Of a DNA stretch of 13,904 nucleotides, positions 1 to 9,804 are shown one piece after another. Source of the DNA: Geosiphon pyriformis uo1 (taxonomy: Eukaryota; Fungi; Glomeromycota); contig JAAOMT010000741.1 in the NCBI GenBank assembly GCA_016748015.1, forward strand, positions 707,758 through 721,661, given 5' to 3'. The stretch's first letter is position 1. Each line of letters begins with the position of its first letter. The position numbers and the translations under genes were made by a program. The notes beneath the pieces are model-generated. The model was not told the DNA's origin. It saw only the letters and a program-made list of their open reading frames with translations, and made no database searches.

Positions 1-817
1 CATTTTGTTCAAGGTGAGATACTGTTTAGAGATGAGAGAAATCCAAGACTTACTACGATTATAAGTCCATGCTATCAAGTTCCAGTTTCAATTAGAGATA
101 TGTTACTTGAAGAATTTTTAATATATGTATGATAAATTTCATTTTAAAACGATCCAGAATACCATATTCAGCATCCGAAATTGCTCGAGAATAAACACCA
201 TTATAAATCCCGATCAAATCTCCAGATTTTAAATCACGTCCGGCAAATAATCCATACCCCATATAATCATCAACCCATCGTACATAAAGCATTCTGTCGT
301 CAATAAAGGTTCCATTCGTCAACCTTGCCTCGATTTCTTGAATGAGTGGAACAAATTTTCTCGAATTTATTTCAAGGTCAATTAGAAGAGACCTTTCATA
401 CTTGCTTATATTTTTCTTTTTTGAAAATTTGTCTAAAGTATCGGTAAGATTTGTTTTCGAGAGGAGGTCAGTCACGCTTGGTTCGATTTCCTAAAAAAAA
501 AAATGAAGTATAGTAGATAAATCTTGAGGTAAAAAAGAAGAATTTATGCGAAGAAAACATAGAGATTTAAATACCGAAAAATATAATGGTACAACACCAA
601 ATTCCTCCAAAAATTCGTCCATATAATAATGAGCTAAAACCAAAGTCCCGTCAGGATATTTTCGAGATTCTGATATTTCTTGCGGTTGGTTTTTAAAGTT
701 GTTGAGCAATGGACAGTCTTGATACATTTGTCCGTTTTCATTACTGATTTCGCAATAAAAGTCGTTTGAATGAATCCATTTTACGTAAGAAGTTGCCATT
801 AAAATGATCGTGAACAT
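1..817 (-). CDS. SET-domain lysine methyltransferase-like protein, partial (3' end lies beyond the window start)
   Basis: Exon 1 817-575 (81 codons), intron 574-491 (GTATTT...TTTTAG, phase 0), exon 2 490-163, intron 162-72 (GTATTC...GATAG, phase 1), exon 3 from 71. Both junctions keep frame: ...PLYFS/EIEPSVTDLL... and ...DAEY/AWTYNR. Contains the SET N-terminal motif LYVRWVDDYMGYGLFAGRDLKSGDLIGIYNGV (GxG..A..I..G..IG.Y.G). The catalytic RFxNHS and ELxxDY motifs are not in the window. Confidence 0.85.
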
Positions 818-861
818 GAATAATGTAATTGGTTAAAATGTGATGGTTACATTTTGATCAA

Positions 862-903
862 TCAAAAGTGAATTATTTGCTTTGGGCTTGGTTGTTTTGT
901 CAT
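862..903 (-). promoter_or_regulatory. Candidate upstream ORF (MTKQPSPKQIIHF*) 5' of the SET gene, followed by an ATG-TAA start-stop at 852-847
   Basis: Both ATGs are preceded by CAAA and are out of frame with the main ATG at 817. The transcript start is unknown. Confidence 0.3.
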
Positions 904-915
904 TTTGGTAGGTCT

Positions 916-942
916 GGGGGCAGAGGAAGGGGGAAGGAGAGG
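916..942 (-). promoter_or_regulatory. Pyrimidine-rich (CT-box-like) tract upstream of the SET gene; G-rich on the + strand
   Basis: gggggcagaggaagggggaaggagagg stands out in very AT-rich DNA. CT-rich tracts are common near fungal transcription starts. Confidence 0.35.
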
Positions 943-1258
943 TGTTTTTTATATCATCTTTCTTTTTAAGATATGAATCGATCATTTTTTTTAGTGATTT
1001 AAATTTAAATGAGAAAAAAATCCCAAAATTGTCGAATTTAAAAAAGTTTTTCTAATTCAAGGAATCAATTGAAAAAGTATAATTTAAAAGATTTTATGTT
1101 CATATGATAATTTAAAGATCATTAAAGCTGGAAATTTTTTTTGCATATTCAGTCATTTGGATATAATTAGATTAAACCATTGAAAAAAAGACCCCAAAAT
1201 GAGTTTATTTTATTTCTAGAGTGTAATTTTATTCATGTTGGGTATTTCTGTCATAAAA

Positions 1259-1288
1259 AAACAAACAAACAAACAAACAAACAAACAA
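1259..1288. repeat. (AAAC)n microsatellite
   Basis: About 7 tandem AAAC units in the divergent SET/Kelch intergenic region. Confidence 0.95.
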
Positions 1289-1770
1289 TAAATTATATTT
1301 TATCAATATTAAAAATGAGATATACTTAATTTATGATAAATTATAGATTAGTAAATCATAAAGAATATATTCATATTAAAAATATTAATAACAAAATAAT
1401 AGTTATGAAAAATTTTTTTTTTTATATAATACTTTATGAGATGAAAAGAGAGAAAACTTTTTTTTTTAAATACAGAGTTTTCTTATTCAAAGATAAATAG
1501 TATGAGTAAAGGGAACAATACAATTGGTCAATTTCGGTTAAAATACCGAATGTATTGTGAAACATTCCTGGATTTATCATTTTAAATTATTTTTTCTTTC
1601 ACACAGCTGTTGTGTAATACCGTTTTTGGTCATCAAAAATGAGGCTTTAAAATGCTTATATTTTATATCAATTTATTGTTTATTCAAGAATTCCTTCCAT
1701 TTTTCTAACCTGATATTAAAATAAAAATTCACGAATTTAAGATAAAAAAAAACATTAAAAACGTTTGAAA

Positions 1771-2913
1771 ATGATTTTAACGAAATCCTTGATTTACAAA
1801 GAATTTATTTCTATTCAAATCCTTTATTTTATTCTATTTCTTTCATTACCTATGAATCTGATTTCAGAAAACGTTATCCCAGTTCCGAGATCTGGACATA
1901 CTGCGAATTTAATAGATGAACGAATATACTTTTTAGGTGGTCTACACGGTCCATATACTCCACCAGAAAACAATGTCTATCTTGACCTTACAGTAAATTT
2001 TAGTAGAGCAACACCACCATTTTTGAAACTCGATTCTCTAAAAAATTTACCATCGCTTTGTTATTCAACAACTTGTTCGATCAAGACGTCCAATGTCTCA
2101 AGTATTTTCTTATATGGTGGAATTCAAGAGGTGAAAATAAAAATTGATTTTCTTTTTATTTTTTTTTTCATAAAAAAATTATGATTTTTCATTTTTGGAT
2201 TTTATAGATTCCAAATTCTGGACACCATTGGGAACCAGCTAATTTAACCATGAAAATAGATATCAGTCCAACAATCTCAACTTGGGTATCAGATTCTCTA
2301 CCTGCTTCCTTGATTCCGGGGCGAGCAAGATTACAAGCGGTCACGGATAGAACAGGACAAGTTTATATATGGGGTGGAACTTTAAATTTGAAGGGTTTAA
2401 TTGATAATTCAATGTACATTTATAATACAATTAATGAATCTTGGAAAGTAAGTCAAGCAAAACAAGAAATAGAGTCGAGATATGATTATTCGGCTACTTT
2501 ATTGAGTGATGGTCGGATACTTTATATTGGAGGATTTAAGTCGAGAGATAATTTAATGGTCGATATCAAACAAGTTAAGTTTATTTAAATTTTGATATAA
2601 ATAATATTTTTTTTTTGGAAAAAATTCCCACAAGAATTTGATTCATTATCTAATTACAAAATTTTCTTCAGATAATTATTTATAATACTCAAAACGAGGA
2701 TTCCCCATGGTCCAAACAGGTATTGCAATCCGTTACATTAAATTAATGTTTGATTGATCAAATTAAAAAATCACTTTTGAAATTAATGAATTCAAAAATA
2801 TTCTTTAAAATTATTAGTCAACACAAAGTTCGTTAAATATTTCAAGTAGAGCTGAACATACTGCGGTTCTTTGTATGTTCCAAAAAAATTTATTTATTAC
2901 TTTGAAATATTTG

Positions 2914-2952
<39 letters not shown>

Positions 2953-3607
2953 ATCCAACTCATTTAATTCATTTATTCTTCTAGCACCAGATGAAAAAAA
3001 AGTAATCCTTTATGGGGGGCATACAAATTTTGTAACGCCACAATATCCATTTCTTGTATTGGATATAGCTCAAATGATATGGACTTTACCAGAACTTGGG
3101 AATTTACCAGTACAAATCCCAAGAGCTCACACGGCAACAATGTTCCAAAATTACATGTTTATTGCTTTTGGTTTGTTGAAAAATTTTAAAAATAATATTA
3201 AATTTTTAAATTTTCAAATCTCATATTGAAATTTTCAAAATTTTTTTTTAATTAGGAAATTACAACATGGCAGATCAATATTATAATGAAACTAATGATT
3301 TAAGAATACTGGATCTTTCGAATGGAAATTACAAATTTGTTGAAAATTATGTGGTGCCGAGTCCAATTTCATCATCCAGTGTTTTAAGTACAACGAGAGA
3401 AACTCCACCAAATATTAATGAAAATGCTCCATTGAAACCACAAAAATTTAATGTTGGCTTAATAGCTAGTATCATAGGTGGAAGTCTGTTTATATTATCA
3501 TTAATGGCAGTCACGGGATATATTCTTCATTATAAGAACAAAAAAGGTGGTAGAGGCAAGTATACTAGTACTAGTACTAGCGCTAGCATTAGGACTAGAG
3601 GAGGAGG

Positions 3608-3638
<31 letters not shown>

Positions 3639-3728
3639 GCCAATCTAGCCTCACAAATTCCAAATAGAGATCTTGCCACTATTAGTGATAGAAGAGGCTC
3701 CAATCTTGTAACCAAAATTGTTCTGTAA
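1771..3728 (+). CDS. Kelch-repeat (galactose oxidase-like beta-propeller) single-pass membrane protein, 495 aa
   Basis: Exons 1771-2130, 2208-2573, 2672-2719, 2818-2872, 2985-3170, 3256-3728 total 1488 nt, with all introns GT-AG and frame-consistent. Kelch motifs: PRSGHTANLIDERIYFLGG, IFLYGG, GRARLQAV...VYIWGG, SRYDYSATLLSDGRILYIGG, RAEHTAVLSPDEKKVILYGG, RAHTATMFQNYMFIAFG. N-terminal hydrophobic stretch ILYFILFLSLPM, S/T/P-rich stalk, TM helix VGLIASIIGGSLFILSLMAVTGYIL, then a basic stop-transfer KNKK. Confidence 0.9.
2917..2949. repeat. (TA)n microsatellite in intron 4 of the Kelch gene
   Basis: About 16 TA units within intron 2873-2984. Confidence 0.95.
3609..3638 (+). repeat. (CAA)10 coding repeat giving polyQ10
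   Basis: Pure CAA run in frame in the last Kelch exon. Confidence 0.95.
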
Positions 3729-3933
3729 GAATATAATTTGGCAGTAAATTTTCACAAATCGAAGAAAATTTCTCCATGTTCGTAATCGAAAAAGTCGATT
3801 ATCCCAAGATAAGTATTTTTTTATCATGAGAAATCTCATTTTAAAGTGCTATTTAATATATTAAAATAAGAGATTTGAAATTATGATAAAATTAAAATTA
3901 TCAAACTTTTTGAAAGTTTACTTATTCGTTTGT

Positions 3934-3971
3934 AGATAGATAGATAGATAGATAGATAGATATATATATAT
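3934..3971. repeat. Compound (AGAT)n(AT)n microsatellite
   Basis: About 7 AGAT units followed by an AT run. Confidence 0.9.
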
Positions 3972-4161
3972 TAAAATAATATATTGACGAATTTTTTTTT
4001 GAAATGACCTTGATAATCTAATTGGAAAAATACAGTATGAAATTATATGAAAAAATTAAAAATTAATTTTTTTTTATTCCATTTCTAAAATTCTCTTTAA
4101 TTTTTATAATATTTAATTTACTTTAATTCATATTACTTTGATCAGTTTTATTCAATATAAG

Positions 4162-4167
4162 ATAATA

Positions 4168-4261
<94 letters not shown>

Positions 4262-4317
4262 TAATAATAATAATAAATATAATAATAATAATAATAATAA
4301 ATATAATAATAAATATA
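4162..4317. repeat. (AAT)n tract, about 155 bp, with interruptions in its right part
   Basis: Seen directly; it produces the spurious poly-Ile ORF 4138..4344. Confidence 0.95.
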
Positions 4318-4379
4318 AGAATCGTAAGTTTCTTAAATTCCTAAAATTTAGCCATCAAAAAAAAACATAGAGAATCGAA

Positions 4380-5454
4380 TTAATGATTACTGAACCTCCA
4401 GCGATGCTCAATATGTAATCTTCTACCTTTTTTAATTCTCACACATCGATCAATTACATTAGTTAAAATTGCATCAACACCTAATTTAATCGCTTCTCTC
4501 ATTTCCTTTGGTTTATCAACCGTCCAGACAAACAAACTTCTTCCTCTCTTCCTTATTTCATCAATGAAACCTGTTTTATCTTGTTTTAAAAACTTGAATT
4601 CAAAATTGTAGTTCTTTACGCTGTTGTCAAAAAATTCATGCCGAGCTATTGATACGTCACTTCCAATATATGAGAGAGGTATTTTTGGAAAGAGTTCTTG
4701 AGCATGTTTCAAGAAATCTTTTGTCCATACCCCTAGATAAAGCTGCGGTGAGAAATCGTAAGGTGCATTTGAGTCAATAATTTTAGAGAGTACATCAAGA
4801 ATTGTTAAAGGATTAGTTTCCTAAAAAGGAGATTAATAAATTTGATTAGTATTTCATTTTCATATTTCCAATTTTAATATTAGAGATAAAGTTTTTTATA
4901 TTTAATATTTTCTAGTTAAATAATTAAAAGAGTTTCTCACCTTAATGTCAACAATGAGAAAGATATTTTTATTCTCTTTACGTTTTAATAAATCGAGTAC
5001 ATCCTGAAATCTAGGCACAGGTTCACCATCCGATTTCAAATATTCAATATATCCTTTCCATTCCCGTTCAATTATGTATCCAGTACCATTGGTAGTTCTG
5101 TCAAGGATATTGTCATGCATCATAATGATCTCTCCATCAGAAGTTAATTGAACATCAGATTCAAGACCATCAGCACCGAATAAAATTGCTTGTTCCAGTG
5201 ATCGCATTGTATTCTCGGGATTTTTAGCGGGAAAACCGCGATGACCGACACATAGTGCTAAATTGATTAATATTTTTGATGATTGTAAAAACCGTTTTTA
5301 CAAACCAAAAATAATATATATATATTTTCTATTTGAAAAAAAGAAAAAAGATTGAAAATTTACGCTTCTTTGTTTCAGAGACAACAAACTGTAATAAGCC
5401 GAAAAACAAAGCTGCAATAAAAGCGAGTGAATTTCTCATTACAAGATGATTCAT
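4380..5454 (-). CDS. Glycerophosphodiester phosphodiesterase (GDPD / PLC-like, Pgc1-like), 282 aa, with N-terminal signal peptide
   Basis: Exons 5454-5364, 5257-4941, 4820-4380 total 849 nt with frame-consistent GT-AG introns. Motifs: VGHRGFPAKNPENT, GLESDVQLTSDG, MMHD..LDRTT, IVDIK, LYLGVW, FVWTVD, GVDAILTN. N-terminus MNHLVMRNSLAFIAALFFGLLQFVVS-ETKKP. An alternative start is at 5439. Confidence 0.93.
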
Positions 5455-5996
5455 TGAACTGATTATAATAAAAAATTTTGGTTCAATTTAAAAATTATTT
5501 TTTATTCAAAAATTTCTTCTTGAAAAGAGCAGTAAAGAGTAAATGGTAACCGCAATAAACAGAATTGTTTGATCCTTAAATTCAGATAGAAGGTTTTGAA
5601 CGAATTCAAGCCACCCTAAGCCCCTATGATATGGTAATTTGTGGCTTAAAAATAAATAAAAAGTCCTTTTTTTCTATGACATAGTGATCGATCGCGAAAA
5701 TCTGTGTACATTGAGTTTCATGTCTAAATGGGTTATAAAATCAAATGATGAAATAGAATGTTTATCAAATAAAGTAATTTAAGATTAACAGCCACTATTC
5801 TCAAATTATATTTATGCATAAATTTATATTTTGTGAAACCAAATATTATTTTTATTTCCGATAATTTTAAAAAAATTCTTTTTAACACATGAAAATATGA
5901 TTTATTGATAACCATTAAAAAAAAAATTGTATTCACTTTTCTTGGGTATCACCAAGAAAGAGATATTTGCATAATGAAGGATATTTACATAACCTT

Positions 5997-6014
5997 TATC
6001 ATCATAATAATAAT

Positions 6015-6046
<32 letters not shown>
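5997..6046. repeat. Compound (CAT)/(AAT)/(CAT)n trinucleotide repeat
   Basis: Seen directly. Confidence 0.9.
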
Positions 6047-7618
6047 GTGAATAACATGACATTTCGCCCATAAAATCATCTTTCAAAGAAGATACAAGAT
6101 TGATCTTTCGAATAAAAGTTATCATCTTTTATGTCAATTGCATGATCTAGCTTTGAAGAAGGTTAGGGAATATGAACCCACTTGCATAATTGATTCAATT
6201 GATTTTTTATGTTTTTGTTCAAAGGTATTTTGTTAATAGAAGCAAACAGGACAAAATATGCGTACTATATAAATGAGGAATCTTGGGGTTTTTTGTTTCA
6301 TTTCTTAAATGATATCACCAATATTCAATAACCTTATTATGATAAACAATGAAAAAGAAATTAATATTTATGCCGCTTACTCTGGAAATTTTCTTTGGAA
6401 TTCTCTAATTTTTAATTCAAAAAAAAAAAAAGAATACATTTGGGGGATCAAATTATCGTTTTGAGAACAAAATTGCTATATTCACTATCAAGAATATATC
6501 TCGAATAAAATTTTTAATTTACAAATTTTCTTCTTGGTTCCTTGAAACAATCAAATGAACGTGATCAAGAATTTATATATATACATATATACCAATAAAT
6601 ATTAGCTATAGTTGCTGATTTTAGTTCATTGACCAAAGATTATCGAAACAAAAACGCTTCATTATCCCATCCCTCCTCCAACTTATTGAATCTGGCTGTT
6701 GGTAATTGCTATTTTTAGGAATTAAAAAAGAGATATTAAAATCGAGTTATAATTAAAAAGATTGTTTTTAATCTTAGATTCCGACTACTACTAATTAAAT
6801 GTAAGCACTTTTATGGTACAGACCACAAACTCTCAAGATATATATATATCTGTATAAATTACAAAAACAGATGTAAGGTTGTTTTTAATTTTAATTTGTT
6901 TTTTTCTCAGTTTTCCTTAAACTTTTAATCAATGCATATCATTTTATTTATTTATTTTTTTTGGTAACAAAGAAACCAATTTAAGGGTCAATTATTATTC
7001 TTTGATGTGGTACCTGCATTAATTATCACAAAAGAGGAAGACACATAACTTTGGATTTGTTTTTTGTCATGATAAATTAGGGGATGATGAATTAAAACGG
7101 AAAACCTAAAAATATATATTTACTAAATTAAAGGGAATATCCAGTAAGAATCTAAATTTTTCATTAAAGTTTTTATAGCCCCGAAGACCGGTTTTGCTTA
7201 TAATTTTATATAATAAGAACAAAAAAATTAAGTGTAGAAAACTGATTTTTACTCATTGTTAAAAGGTTCAAACAATTTTAATGAGATAGTTCATTTAGTT
7301 TCACGATAAAATTATTTACTTTCCAAAAAAAATTTATAATGACCTTTAAAAGAAACAAAAGTGTTTCCAAAAAGTCTTTAAACATTAGATGGATGATCTA
7401 AACTATAAAAAATATAATAAATAGTTATTTACATCAAGTTAAAGATGGATAATTCGAAGATCAGTAAAAAACTTTGATTACAGAAAAATTTTTCTTAATT
7501 AAAGAAAATCTTTAATCAAAAGATTTAAAACTTTATAATTGTTTATTATATTCATTTTAGATAATGTTAAATCTCATATACTTGAATGAAAAATTTTTTA
7601 TATAATTTCTTTATAATA

Positions 7619-7620
7619 CA

Positions 7621-7656
<36 letters not shown>

Positions 7657-7710
7657 CCACAACAATGATAATAATAATAATTACAACAACAATGATAATA
7701 ATTACAACAA

Positions 7711-7747
<37 letters not shown>

Positions 7748-7752
7748 AATAA
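7619..7752. repeat. Compound (CAA)n/(AAT)n repeat
   Basis: Alternating CAA and AAT blocks; the segment caacaatgataataat occurs twice. Confidence 0.9.
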
Positions 7753-8414
7753 TTCATATTGAATTAAATTCATTTGGAAATAAAATAATTTTTTCAAGTT
7801 TAAATAAACTAAAAATTAATCTATTATTATAATATGTGAATGTTGACTGAGTTTTGCACTCATATTTTTTTACAAAATAAAATAGTCGATCCAATAAAAT
7901 TGTTTTTATAAAAATAAATTTCTATTATTTTAAATTTGACAAAAAAAAAATATTTTTTTTTAGATACATTCACATGTTATTGTTTGAGTAAAATTAATAA
8001 TGTAGTTTTTTAAAAGACAATAATTTAAACCTTATAACCAAATAACATAATTTAAAACTTGCACCTAATACATGTATTTTCATAATATCAATCAATTAAT
8101 TCATCTCCTCCGATACCCATAGATGGTAAGTCAGAATTAAGTTTTTAGGAAAACCATAAATCTGGTTATTGTTTTTTTTTTAGCATTTTAAAGATTCAGT
8201 GGATAAGAATAGTTAATGTCTTTTTTTATTGATAAAAATAAAACACCTCAAGAGTTACGGATCAAAAGCGTGATATTTTGAGACGCGCACTGATTTTCAA
8301 TAAAATGGTATTTTATCATTTTTTTTCACTTTACGCTTTTTAAATTAAAGGCTTTTATTAATTATGTCATCTATGGTAAAATTAAATGTATAATTTGTTA
8401 ATGATTTCACCCTG

Positions 8415-8446
<32 letters not shown>

Positions 8447-8620
8447 CAGAAGAAGAAGAAGAAGAAGAAGAAGAAGAAGAAGAAGAAGAAGAAGAAGAAG
8501 AAAAAAAAGAAGAAGAAGAAAAAGAAGAAGAAAAAAAGAAGAAGAAGAAGTAAAAGAAAAAGAAGAAGAAAAAAAAGAAGAAGAAGAAGTAAAAGAAAAA
8601 GAAGAAAAGAAGAAGAAGAA
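8415..8620. repeat. (AAT)n followed by a degenerate (GAA)n polypurine tract
   Basis: About 11 AAT units, then about 170 bp of nearly pure A/G. The two T interruptions at 8551 and 8590 are 39 bp apart. Confidence 0.95.
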
Positions 8621-9555
8621 ACTAATCATTGGAGGGAGTCAAAAGCTACCCTTTTAATAATAAGAAAGTCGAATTTAGTGGTATAAAATTATTTGAAAAA
8701 CTATTATCAAAGATTGAAAATGTCTATGCATGCTAAAAATATTTTTTGAATGAAAGTTAATTTTTTAAGCCTTTGAACTTGATAAACACTCTAAAACATT
8801 TAAAGAATACAACTTCCACCCGTTTTAGAGATTATTCCGGTCAATTAGATAGAATAATTATGGTCCAAAGGTAAAGTCTTGGCCCATAAAAGACAAAAAC
8901 CAAGACATCAACGGAGAGAATTCAGGATTTGAATAATCTCGTTTCGGTTTTTTTACGCCTGAAATCCCTTTTGATGGCGAAAGTTCGAATTGAAAAAGTT
9001 ATCATTATTGAGAACTTGGATTTTCCCAAGAAAATTTTTAACTTCGAATTTGTCTCAAGTAAATGTTGAACAGTTTTTTTTTAAAGGTTCACCGTTGAAA
9101 AATTATTTCAAAAGTTTGTGAGCATAAGAATTGGGTTGTTCGTATTTTGAGAGTTTTGAGATGGAAGAGTTAGAGAAGCTCAAAATTTTGGGGAAACTTG
9201 AGCCGTTCAGAGAGTCTTTTTAAAGGAAATCCAATGGGAATATTTATTTTCTTTAATATAAAAACTTTGTTTTGTTGTTTTCTGATTAACTTTTTGGAAT
9301 CAGTTACGCGTTCTCCGTGATGCAGGATTTTATTTCTTTTCAATTAGGTTCTTTTAAAATTTTAAATTGTATAACCTTTTGAATTATTGCTATTTCCTTT
9401 TAAGAAATAGGCACGAGTCTCCTAAATATTCAAGTGATTCTACTGTAATAATGAAGTCGGATTGATAATCAAGTTTTTATATTCCATTATTCTGGAATCC
9501 CCAGCCTTGGTGCACCCCATACTCTATACTTTTAGCAAAATAATCTGCAGATAGG

Positions 9556-9661
9556 TAGTTAGTTAGTTAGTTAGTTCGTTGGTTGGTTGGTTGGTTGGTT
9601 GGTTGGTTGGTTGGTTGGTTGGTTGGTTGGTTGGTTGGTTGGTTGGTTGGTTGGCTGGTTA
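9556..9661. repeat. Compound (GTTA)n(GGTT)n tetranucleotide microsatellite
   Basis: GTTA units grade through GTTC into about 20 GTTG units. Confidence 0.95.
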
Positions 9662-9804
9662 GTAGAATAAAAATATTCAAGATTTTTTGAAACAGTAATG
9701 GTGCATAATTGAAATGCTTCTGTTTATGAAATATCATTTTTTATCAAGGGAGTCTAAATGAAGCGTCTTTACGATTCTTGAGAAAAGTAATTTCTATCAT
9801 TCTC

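Noticed and set aside
3530-3839. Minus-strand ORFs 3530..3715 (poly-Cys) and 3651..3839
   Set aside because: Antisense shadows of the Kelch last exon; the poly-Cys is the reverse complement of the CAA repeat.
4138-4344. Poly-Ile ORF
   Set aside because: Translation of the (AAT)n microsatellite.
1-5454. SET, Kelch and GDPD as a functional secreted-protein cluster
   Set aside because: All three have hydrophobic N-termini, but adjacency alone in a eukaryote is not evidence. It would need conserved synteny or co-expression.
5733-5936. 67-aa minus-strand ORF
   Set aside because: F/I/K/N-biased, non-ATG start, no motif.
5608-5959. Small hairpins aagccac...gtggctt (5608-5647) and tttcttgg...ccaagaaa (5938-5959)
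   Set aside because: Stems of 7-8 bp are expected by chance, and there is no tRNA, snoRNA or Helitron-end context.
8345-8660. Hydrophobic minus-strand ORF, and a Glu/Lys-rich reading on the + strand
   Set aside because: Both derive from the (AAT)n(GAA)n tract. The + reading has stops just upstream and the GAA register shifts within the tract.
9578-9660. (GGTT)n as an interstitial telomeric repeat, or the repeats here as a CRISPR array
   Set aside because: It is not TTAGGG, there is no repeat-spacer structure, and the DNA is eukaryotic.
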